Positions 1-10,660 of a DNA stretch of 64,000 bases are shown here, one piece after another; position 1 is the stretch's first letter, and each line of letters begins with the position of its first letter. The position numbers were made by a program, and so were the translations under genes. Location: positions 18,972,001 through 19,036,000 of the forward strand of contig JBHGNT010000010.1 of NCBI GenBank assembly GCA_043228905.1. Reading direction: 5' to 3'. The notes beneath the pieces were generated by a model. It was not told where the DNA came from. It saw only the letters and a program-made list of their open reading frames with translations, and made no database searches. This stretch comes from Azolla caroliniana (taxonomy: Eukaryota > Plantae > Polypodiophyta).

Positions 1-699
1 ACTACACATTTAATGCAAGCATATTTATTTTGATATAAACCTTTAGAGAAACATGGAATGGAGTATGGAGTATGAATGTCGATATCTCCTTTGCCTTTAC
101 ATATTACTATATCAAGCTTAGTTTCAAAAACCAATTTCAGAAACATACAAATTCTAAAACCAACTTCAAAAAAGCAGAATGAACTAGTAGATAAAGCCTT
201 ATGTTGTCATAAGAAAGCAAATTTGTGCATGTGGCAATTTTTGGTTTTGGTGCCATGACACAAAACATAAATAACCATTGCTCAACACAAATCATATGCT
301 TGGAACTTGTATCATAGCTTGCAACTTCTAATTATTTTCATGCAATGTGCATATATATGTAAAACATTAATTGTTATTTGTATATCACACAAGATGTCCC
401 TATCCTTTTTCCAAAAGAGAACGACGTGACTAATTACCTTTTTTTAAGTTTGTTGTGCCGTTGCCATATCATCATACATTTGTAACATAGTTATAGACGA
501 AGCAACTTATAGTATGTAGAACTACTTTCAAAGCATCTATTTGTCTACAAACCAATTTAAAGAGAAACAAGTAGAAATGTTTGCAAGGCTTGTCTTTTAG
601 ATCTATTGTTGATGAAGAATAATAACTTATAAGGCATTAGATTTTTTTATTTTTTTAAAGATTCACCTTGGTATTAATGGAAAGTTGCCCAAATCCTAC

Positions 700-1250
700 A
701 AAGAACTCATACATGAAAACATAACCACCATACCCACATAAACCAACATGTCCAATAGCAAAAGCCCTCACGCAATTACCCTAGAATTTGTATTTACACA
801 TCTAAAATTCAAACCCTTCCATAATGGGGGCCGGATAAAGCCAGCTCGGTGGAGCATATCTTCACTTTATTCTTTCCCTAAATGAGGTGAAGACCTTTGC
901 CTTTGTCTATATTTCTCTAAAATGTTGTTTCTTACGAAACACAACATTAGGCTCACTAGTAATTGCCTCATATTGACCTCTTAGAGCATGTAGAAGCATC
1001 AACAATATCTCCTTGACTAACTCAACTGCATTTTGTTTGACTTTATGAAATACACATGAACATCTTGCCTTCCACAATACCCAAATTACTAAAGAAGATA
1101 GTGTAGCCCAAACCTTGTCTTCTACCAAACAACGGATTGTTGTAGCATAAGAGACATCCAATACTTATCTTCCATAAGAGAGAATAAGAAAATCAACTCA
1201 ATCCTTTTCATAATTTTGTATTTCTTTAGCAAACCTTTCCCATCTCACAA
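700..1250 (-). mobile_element. Degenerate L1-clade LINE 3' fragment
   Basis: ORF 907-1161 (VWATLSSLVIWVLWKARCSCVF...LRGQY) matches the C-terminal W-x-LWKARC-xx-VF region seen in the other LINE copies here (2207-2545, 47506-47712, 59764-60054). Boundaries approximate. Confidence 0.6.
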
Positions 1251-2590
1251 AACCCATGTATCAGAGATGAATTTGATCAACTAATTGGATCACGTAAGGG
1301 GTTGTCATGGGGATACATTGCGGAAGGTCCAGGAAAAAGTATAGAATGTTGGAGACGGTTTATGTCATTGCCAATACAAGAACAAGCCAACATACTCCAT
1401 GGAATCAAGGGTGGATGGGCTATGAGATCTGAAAACATTAATGCTCTATTGATTAGGGAACCTGCTAATCAAAGGACGATAATAGAGAAGTGGATAGGCT
1501 ACGAGGAGGAGGGCTCTTTGATCCCCAGAGGTAGGGAAACACCAGATAGGATTGCACGCTTTGAATTACAAGACAATGAGACACCAACACAATATAAGGA
1601 AATTCGAGTACTAGCGTATATTGGGCATAAGTGGATTGTAGATCCTGATCCTATCAAAGTACAACTAGATTGGCACATATGTACTCACGAAAACACATGG
1701 CTACGTAAGGTTAGTTGGGACCCTTTGCAATGGACATGGCATGATCCTTACGTGGGGCAAGGAAGCAAACCCATCCCTTTCTTTCAATTCACAACTAGAT
1801 TGGGTCGCCATATTCTAGCTACTCAAACCCCCTGAGAGCCGGTTGCTGCAAAGGTCTGGCACACATATCATGTTCCTCACACAATTATCACCAAGTTCTG
1901 GAAACAAATATGGAAACAACAACACACACGACGAATCACCACCTTCCAATGTCTATTAATACATAGGTCACTACCGGTTGGTGCATGGCAGCATGGGAAC
2001 CTTAACTCTCCTAATCGTGTTTGCGTGCCCAAATGCAATAGAATCAACCCGACACGCTTTGTGGGACTGCTCAGTCCCATTGAATATGGTAGGGGGTTGG
2101 CCGCTTATTAGAAATATGCCAGGTGCAAGGCTTAATCAAGTGGGGAAATATATGTTGGCTATCATGGCAGGCCCCACTTGACAGATACAAGCATTAGGAG
2201 GAGGGGATGGTTTTGGTGATAAAAGCACAAGATGTTTTTTTCTCCACCATCGATAATGTCCACTCAACTCTTATCAATGCCAAATCTCAAGTTGTGTTGG
2301 AATTGGTCAGCCCAATAACTCTTTGGACTCTATGGAAACAATGGTGTAGACGGGTCTTCTCCAACCAAACCGTGCATCCAATAGTGTTAATGCAAGAGAT
2401 ATGGAGGGAAGTTGTAGCCATGCTAAAAAGCCAATATGATGGCCTCAAGGGCGACTCTGATGGAGTTGAAAGACAACGACTAGCCTTCATCCAGCAATGG
2501 TCAACCTCTCCCTTTATTGAGTCGGTGGGCATCCACATAAGATAGACCTATTGAGTCCCTACAAGGATTTGTATATATTAATCTCATATG
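1251..2590 (+). mobile_element. 5'-truncated L1-clade LINE (post-RT region, zf-RVT-like region, C-terminus)
   Basis: Stop- and frameshift-broken ORFs 1302-1835, 1978-2181 (CPNAIESTRHALWDC, zf-RVT-like) and 2207-2545. Highly similar in DNA to the inverted copy at 17930-18820. Confidence 0.75.
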
Positions 2591-2619
2591 TAAAATTTTA
2601 TAACTAATGGAAGGAGTGT

Positions 2620-5435
2620 TTTTTTGGAGGGAGCCCGTGAGCTCGTCGTTGCCATCCGACAACTGGTCCGGAATTGTTTACGTCCTCGAGCCCGTGCGCT
2701 CACCGTTTGGAATCCGGGCTCGATCCGGATCGGGTACGCGTCCAGAAGCCATTCGACGAAGTTATCCGGGAAGGATCCAGACACTACTCCGGATAAACTC
2801 CCTCGTCTTACCGGCTCCTTGGTCCAAGTCCTCAGTGGTCTTGCCCCCATTTCAACACAAACCTGCGGATATCCGCGACATATTTGGTGAACCCAATGTG
2901 AACAGGGGCGACAAAGGAGTTCGAGGATGCGGGGGAGCGAGCTAGCGGAGGTGATGGCGGTGGTCGTTCATTGCCTGGTGAACGCTCGAGAGGGCACAAG
3001 CGCCCTCGATAGAGTCGTTGAGTCAATAGTCAACGCGATAGGTAGATTCGATGGCAAAGACACGATGAGCTATCTAGATGCCTACCGGGCTGAAATGATG
3101 ATGAGGGATATTCCGAAGTATAAATGACTGGCTGGATTCCCTCGGGTCGCTACGCCGAGCATCCACGTTGAGGTGCTCGAGGTGCAAGCGGACTGCCGTA
3201 ATATGGCAGATTTTGAGGGACGACTCCTCGAAAGGTACGACTTTGATGACTCGCTCTGGATGTTGAAGAAAGAATTTATGGATTGGGTCGGGAGCCTCGG
3301 CAAAGGCTGGAATACATTGATGTTTCTTCAGGAGTTCAAGGTGCGATTCACACAACCAGATCGTGCTCGACATGAGGAAGGTCCTGCTGTTTGTGAATTC
3401 GGTTGACTTGCTTGACCATGAGAAGATGGGTCTCCCCTTGGAGATGGATGAAGGGCTTATGACCGACTGGGCCGTGGCTAAAAGAGCGTGTAGCCATTTC
3501 GACAAACGACGCAATTGGAACAACGCTGGAATGCCATTGACCGGCTTGACTGCCGAGAAGAAACCGAAGGAACCGATTCCGACACGGTCGGAAGAAACGA
3601 GGCGGTGGCTTGAATCGGGCTTGACTCCGACCAACGCGGTCGCTGGACCGGCCGGGGGCACAACTCTGGAGGAGCTAAAGAAGATGGTAAGAGACCTTTA
3701 GATCGCTCAGGCCTAGAGAGAAGGCGGTGGTCAATCGCGCGGCCGGAGGCCACTGTTCGACCAGAGGTGTATGTGGTGCGACGCTGTCGGCCACGTTCGG
3801 AGAGACTGCGTTGATTTCGCCGAGGCGCTTAAGAGTAATGTAGTATACCTCTGGAACAACTGGGTACACTCTAGTGACACGCGAAGGCCCTTAGAAATAA
3901 AAACTAACTGAGGTGGAATGAAAAGGCTGATTGAGGAAGTTGTGGTGCGGCACGGGGAGACCGTCCATTACTTGGCATTGGTCGGTATTCGGGTTGGAGG
4001 GGAGAATGGGAAGGAGACGAAGGACCCCGGGTTTTGGCCAGTGGTGCTAGAAGGGTTCTTCGGGAAGAAGTTGGTACAGGAGGAGGTGGATCATACAGAG
4101 ATGCGGGTCCGAAAGGTAACCGAATGGAATGATCCGGTCGAGGAGAAAATCGGCTTCGTAGAAGCTGCGTGCCACAACTATGAGTTTTTGGTTGAGGACA
4201 AATGTGGTAGTAAGGTTGGGGGGGCTGGTCCCTCTAACTGGTATCAGAGCCGGAGCGGACTGAAGAAGAATAACGGGGGTTCGGTAGCCTCGTAGGAGAA
4301 GGTGAAGCCCCCGAGAGTCTAGTTGAGCTCGAAGATAGAGAGTGCGATGAACCTGCGGAAGGTCTTGGAGGAACGGATCCTCGACAGCCGGGTGGAACTC
4401 ACGCCGAGGGAAGTGTTGTGCATCGCCAAGAAGGAGTTCCAGGACAACATTGTCGACCTCATGAGGAGGAAGTAGCTCTCGACAGAGTCAGTGCCGGAGA
4501 GACCGATCGAGGTGACGGTGGCCCACATTGAGGAGGTGGCTATGGAATAAGAGCTTCTGGAATGCTACTACACGAAACCACATTGGGCAAGGGCTATGAC
4601 GGAGACCCCGGTCCGGATCGGGGATGTGCAGGAGCCGGTGGTGGCGCTAATCGACCACATATCGGAGATCAACTTGATGTCCCTGGACTTCCATAGGAGA
4701 GGGAAGTGGCCGATTAATACAAATCATGGGTGGAAGATACACGCGACGACCCACACTACGGAGGAGCTTCACGAAGCGTGCCCGAATGTACGGGTGAAGG
4801 TCGGGGACGTCGAAGTTGACCAACATTTCTTCGTGCAAGAGACGTCATCCCACACGGTAATTCTCGGAGAACCTTATATCACGACAGATCGAATAGAGAC
4901 AAAGTTGCTGGACTACGGTTCAATGTATGTGAGGGTGAAGAGCCAGGACGACCGACACTCCGTCCAGTTCTTGATGGTCAGACCGAACCATGAGCGGAAT
5001 CAGGATTCTCTCGGTGACGAAGGCAGAGAGGATTTTTAGAGAGGGCTATCAAGGCGTGGGGCCGTGATAGTTTGGACATCCGGAAGAAACCCCACACATG
5101 TACCATAGGTAGGAAATTTTGACCCTCTGTTAACGAAGGTTGTACCATAACCGGCATCGGTGGTCGGGAAAGGAAGCGGGTCGAAGGGCGCTTGAAGGCA
5201 TGCGAAGCCTTGGGCCCAGACGAAGAGATTGGTGGCGCCGTGGAGGCGGTCTCATTCGACGACACCCTCAGGGAGATCAAGAGGGTAGCCGAGGAGGACC
5301 TAACCGAAGACCGGATGATTCCAATCAATTCGATCGAGGTGTACGAAGTCATTGCAGACTTCGAAAGGGTGGTCAGATTGGATCGAACCGCCAGAGCAGA
5401 CACGAAATATAAGATTGTGGACCGGAAGGTGAGGT
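2620..5435 (+). mobile_element. Truncated degenerate Ty3/gypsy element (partial 5' LTR, PBS, gag, protease, start of pol)
   Basis: LTR end ...CCGCGACA at 2880, PBS TGGTGAACCCAATGTGAA at 2885-2902, gag with a CMWCDAVGHVRRDC zinc knuckle (~3768-3810), protease ALIDHISEIN (ORF 4596-5039), then pol N-terminus. Homologous to the element at 6435-13419. Many stops. Left boundary approximate. Confidence 0.85.
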
Positions 5436-6123
5436 CCACAATCTTAGAAGAGGAGGTGTACATGGTACAACCACTCGACTTCGAATCCAACATTCATCCG
5501 AAAGCTGTATGCCAACTCAAGAAGCCTCTCTACGGCCTCAAGCAAGCACCGCATGCTTGGCATTCGAAGATTATGCAATATCTTCATCAAATCGGCTTTC
5601 GAATGTCGAAATTCGACAACTCCCTCTACTAACGAAATGACTCTAGAAGCTCGATTGTCATCATCCTATACGTGGATGATTTGGTCATTGGAGGAGAAAG
5701 TTTAGTCGACATCAACCATGTGAAATCCCTCCTCTGCAACAAATTCGAGATGACGGACATGAAGGAACTTCATTACTTCCTAGGCATCAAAGTAATTCGG
5801 TTTCCGACCGACATTATGATCTCTCAATGACACTACATTCTCAACTTATTATACAAGTTCGGGATTACAGAGTGCAAATTTGTGGCAACCCCTCTCGATC
5901 GAAACCTCAAACTAGATGCCGTTTCCGGCACAGACGAGTATGAGCCGACTCAATATCGACAACTGATTGGGAGCCTCATCTATCACACGATCACTCGACC
6001 CGACCTCAACTATTCGGTTGGCCTCCTTAGCCAATTCATGCAAACTTCGCGAGATATCCATTTCGATTGCGCTAAGAGATTATTACGATACGTGAGCGGT
6101 ACAATGGATTACGACATCCTCTA
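5436..6123 (+). mobile_element. Ty1/copia reverse transcriptase fragment
   Basis: LEEEVYMVQP...LKKPLYGLKQAPHAW, ILYVDDLVI and TRPDLNYSVGLLSQFM are typical copia RT motifs. Contains stops. Fused directly to the gypsy fragment on the left and cut by an LTR on the right. Confidence 0.9.
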
Positions 6124-6185
6124 TGTTGAGAAGCAAGCTCGACAAAGGTATGTGATGCTTATTGAGAAATAAGCTATAGTAGCAA

Positions 6186-6300
6186 TTAACTAATTAGCTA
6201 CTAGTGGACATAAAGGTGAAACAACTATTTAGCTACGCACAACTATTTAGCTACTGACAACTATTTAGCTACATACAATTAATTAGCTACTGGAAGCTAA
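6186..6300. repeat. ~18-bp tandem repeat (CAACTATTTAGCTAC core) in the copia LTR
   Basis: Core repeated 3 times exactly, with degenerate AATTAGCTAC copies on both sides. Confidence 0.8.
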
Positions 6301-6434
6301 TTAGATGCATATACAAGTCACATATGTACTTAGGTAAAAAGTTGTAGTAAGTAGTAAGTAGAAGAGTGAGAGTAGTGCAGAGAGAGGAAGAATAAAAAAA
6401 CAGAAAACAGACGAGAGCGAGTTGAGCTCTGCGT

Positions 6435-7081
6435 TGTCGCGTTACTACGCGCGTGCGTGGAGAAACGAGGCGGGACCACCGGGGTCTTGAACCGAAGGGG
6501 CAGGTGATAGGAGGGGAAAGAGAAAGAGAGAGACGACCGGTTACGTATGAGCAAAGAAACACGGGGACACGGCTCGTCAACGCAGAAAACACGAATGGAC
6601 ACAGAGACAGAGAGACACGAAAGTTTGTATATTAACGAATAACAAATACACAACAGAGCATGCGAGCGGTTACAACCGAACAGGCCGGCGAACAGATGCC
6701 GATGCCTGTTCATCTGCGCATGAAAGGGGAAAAGGATGGAGGTGCTGCCGGAAGCACACGGGCGTTCCTCGAAGCAGCGCGAGCCTCCCGAAAACCTACA
6801 GAGAAGGGCAATAGAGAACAGAGGAGAAGCGTTCGGTTACGGTCCGACAACACTTCGTCCTCCTCAATGCGCGATCCCTTCTCCCTGCGTCTCCCTCTCC
6901 TTTATAGCTTCAAGAAGGGAGCCGTCTCTCTCATTTACTTCCTACCTACCGAATCTAACTACCCAGGATATGCCTTTGTACTTAATTCCCTATTATATAC
7001 ATTGACGGGCGCGCACGCGTGAAGAGCCGGTTCACGCGCGCTATGCACCGATTGCGCCAAGGGACGGTTTTCTTCACGACA
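6435..7081 (-). repeat. 3' LTR of the gypsy element (647 bp)
   Basis: Direct repeat of 12773-13419 with about 22 substitutions and no indels by manual comparison. PPT-like AGGTGGGGGCGGA lies immediately 5' on the minus strand (7082-7094). Confidence 0.95.
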
Positions 7082-10000
7082 TCCGCCCCCACCTAACCGC
7101 GCATCCACCGGTATGTGCCAAAATTGCGCTCTGGTTGGAGAAAACCGGTCCGGGCTCCGGTTCCTCGTCCATCGGTTCGTCCTTCGTCTTGGATTGTTCG
7201 TCGTCGTCGTCCAGGCCTCTTAGATCCGGTTCGCCGTCGTGGCGCTTCTTGAACGCTTTGATCCTCTTCTCCGCTACCGGTGTCGCCATCCTCGTACCGT
7301 CGAGTTCCGCTAGGTGATACGTCCCGTTGTCGTTGGCGCTCGTTACCACGTAAGGCCCGAACCACCGCTTTGCAAACTTCCGTGTTGCCCGATGCTGGTT
7401 GTCGAGGCTGCTGTCGTAGACTAGCACCCAGTCACCTTCCTCGATTTTCTTCGGTCGGAGCCGGTGCGTTCGGTCGAACCGGGCTTTGTTCTTCATCCTT
7501 GCCGTCCGATGTCTCTCCGCCGCTCGTTCCACGTCCTCTGGCCTCCGCTCGAGCTGTCGTATACGCGCCGCTAGCAGTTCTTCTCGACTCATCTCGTCTC
7601 TCCAGTCTACTGTCGCCCAAGAGGAGATCGTCCGTTCCATCAGCATGATCGGCTTCTGTCCGAACATGAGCTCTGACGGCATGAACCCGGTTACCGAACC
7701 GTGCGTTGTCCGGTCCGCCCACAAGGCATAAGGTAACAGCCGTGGCCAGTTCCCAACCTGGCCTCCGCACACCCGGACTAGCGCTTTGACGATCGGTTCG
7801 TGTCCGCGCTCCACCTTCTCGTTCACCTCCGGATTGTACGCTGTGGTGAGCGAGAGCTTGACCCCTAACCGGTCGAATTGCTCCTCGGCCTCTTCGGCGT
7901 CCAACTCCCCGTGGTCAGCCACGATCTTCCCGACGCACCCGTACCGGCATATCACATCCTCGATTAGAAACCGACACACGGCCACGGTCGTTTTGTTCTG
8001 TAGGGCTCAACCTTCCACCTGGTTCGTCAGGTCCTCCCGGGCAGCACCAGATATCGCATCTGCCCTACGCCCATCGGCATCGTCACCAAATCTACCATCC
8101 ATTTGAAGTGGATGGCCGGAGGGTATGTAGGGTGAAGCTCGTCCCGATGTCGGACTATGAAGTGCATTTGACAGCTCTCACAAGTTGTCACGAACTGATG
8201 CACGTCCCGGTACAGTCCCGGCCACCAGTACTTCCCCTTTAGTTTCTCGAACGTGGCCCACGTCCCACGGTGTCCAGCCCAGGGGCTGTCGTGGTAGGCC
8301 TTCAACAACTCCTCCTGTTCCTCCTTCATCGCCACTACTCGGAGCGGGATGCCGTTTCTCTTCTTCGGGTGCTTCCACAAGTATCCGTCCCGGAGAAAGA
8401 ATCGGTACGCTTTCTTCCAGATCCGGTTGGCCTCGTCCCTTGTCCATGACGCGTCCGACATCATCGTCCTTAAGAATCCCCCAATCTGCAGCCACTCCCC
8501 ATCGTACTTGCTCTCGTTGAAATCGTTAAGCGCCGGAGTGCTTCCCCCCTCGGTTGTTACATAAGCCGCCTCAAAGAAGTCTACGCCGACTTCCTTGTCC
8601 TCCGAAACCATGCCGCCCTCGTCGTTGAATCGCACCCTCGAAAGCATGTCGGCCATGGCATTGTCTTTCCCGGAAATGTGTCGTATTTCCGGATCCAGGG
8701 ACTTGATGTACGCTATCCACCTGAGCATTGCCAGGTCGGGGGTTGCGCATCCGGAAACCGTGCCGAGAATCGGCAGCCAGTCCGTCTCGATAATCACCTA
8801 TGTCTCGATCAAATAGTCTTTATCGACCTTCACCGCCGAAACGATACCCCAGAGTTCGCGTTTAACCTGGGCGTATCCTCGTTGTTGCTCGCTGAGGACC
8901 TTCGCGCCGAACCGGATTGGGAACCGAATGCCGTCCTCATCTTCTTGGTTGACGACCCATCCGACCCCGGTTAGACTCGTATCTACCGTTATATAGATGG
9001 GAATGCCTTTCTCGTAGACAGCCTTCCCGAGTGCCGGAGCTGCAGCAAGAGCCTCCTTCATCTTTCGGACCGACTCCGCATGCTCGTCTCGCCACTCGAA
9101 TTTTCGCCCCTTTTTCAGTAACCCGTATAGCAGCTCGGCAACGTGGGCGTAATGCGGGATCCATATGTGGTAGAACGCGCATGCTCCCAAGAACCTCCGT
9201 ACCTCCGTGACCGAGTTACAGTCGGGCTTCATTGCGGAGATGGCTTCCACCTTAGCCGGAGATGGTTTCCGGCCATACGGTTCGCATAGATGTCCGACGA
9301 CCATGATCTCTGATTGCCCGAAGGCCGATTTCTCCCCGGAGAAGGTGAGCCTCGCGTCCTCTAGCCTCTGCAGCACCCTCTCGCAGTCGTCAACGTGTGT
9401 CGCCACGAATTTCCGGCATCCGTCCGGTCCGATCGTTTCGTCCTTGTCTTCCACTGGACATCCCTTGATCGGGATATCGTCCAAGAATGGCATGGTGATG
9501 TCCGGGATACAATCCCTCAACACGTTGTTCATCGCATTCACCATGTGGGCCACCGAGTTCGTCCCTCCTTGTGGCAGGTTACACATCCGCACTAGGCCGA
9601 GAGGAGTCCGCATCGTCGTAATGTCTCTGCTCTCTACGGCTAGTTGGAACTGATCGTACCCCGAGTACAGATCATCGATCGTGTAGATCGACCTTCCGGC
9701 GAAGGCCTCCGCAAACTCGTCTATCGTTGGTCCGATTCCTGCGTTCCGAATGGTCACTCTGTTGACCGGTTGCAGGTCTTGAATAAAGCGCAACGTCCCG
9801 TTCTTCTTCGGTACAGTAAACCACCGGTTCGAGTACGGAGCACTCGACGGTTCGGGGATGCCCATATCGACTTTCTGCCTCAACAGCTCCATCAGCTCCG
9901 GGATGGGAGCTCTCGGTACCGGAATTGGTTTGAGATTCCACGGTACATGCGGTACTGTGAATATCACCATCGGCTTCACGACTGTCGGGTCTACGCACCC

Positions 10001-10660
10001 GATCTCTCCCGGCGAGAATGCGAAGGCTTTCCCGTGCCTTCCGAGCATTCTCCGAAACCGGTCTTCTTCCGCCGGCAGTAGGAACCTGCCCCCACCGATT
10101 TTGAGCTCCCGTAGCGTTCTGTCGGTGAAGGTGTGTCCTATGCAGGCCGGATCTCGTAAACTGGGGTCCGACGCGACCCCCTTGATTCGCAACTCGCTGC
10201 CCTCCGGTAAGGGTGCCGCGACGGGCCTTACCTTCCGGTCCACAGTCTTGTACTTTGTGTTAACCCGGGCCGTCCAATCCGACTCGAGCCCTCGACTGAA
10301 GTCCGCGATGACTTCGTACATCTCTTCTGAACAAACTGGTATCGTCCGGTCCTCTTTAAGGCCCTCTCCGACCACCTCTCGCAGTATTCCCAAGGTGTCG
10401 TCGAAGGAGACCGCCTCCACGGCTCTGTTGATTTCCTCGCTGGGCCCGAGAACTCCGCACGCCCGAAGTCGCTCTTCCGGCCTTGTCTTTTCTCGGCCAA
10501 CGACGCCGACTATCGTACACCCTCCGTTGTCGGAGAAACAAAACTTCCTACTTATGGTACAAGGTTTCTTTGGTTTCGCCTCTATCGTACATTTGTGGGG
10601 TTTTCCTGGAGTGTCCGGACTGTCGCGGCCCCACGCCTTGGCAGCCCTCTCTAAAAATCC
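7074..10660 (-). pseudogene. gypsy pol (RT, RNase H, integrase), disrupted
   Basis: RT: WFTVPKKNGTLRFIQDLQPVN, DLYSGYDQF, LPQG, FLDDI. RH: ITVDTS...ELWGIV...DNAMADMLSR. INT zinc finger: YHDSPWAGH...CESCQ. INT core: IVADHG...YNPEVNEKVER, WFGPY. Split across ORFs 8798-11137, 8027-8797 and 7074-7985. Confidence 0.9.
10595..10660 (-). other. Predicted -1 ribosomal frameshift signal (G GAU UUU + pseudoknot)
   Basis: gag-PR ends GAG GAT TTT TAG and pol continues in the -1 frame (GFLERAAKAWG). A stem and a loop-to-downstream pairing follow. Conserved at 5030-5095 (+) and 16528-16593 (-). Confidence 0.75.

Noticed and set aside
700-2590. Head-to-head LINE fragments as a twin-priming 5' inversion
   Set aside because: Both pieces contain the same C-terminal region and are strongly diverged, so they are two separate insertions.
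6453-7022. ORFs in the LTRs (6453-6635, 6660-7022 and their twins 12791-13360)
   Set aside because: They are duplicated only because the LTRs are; they are antisense to the element and have no recognisable domain.
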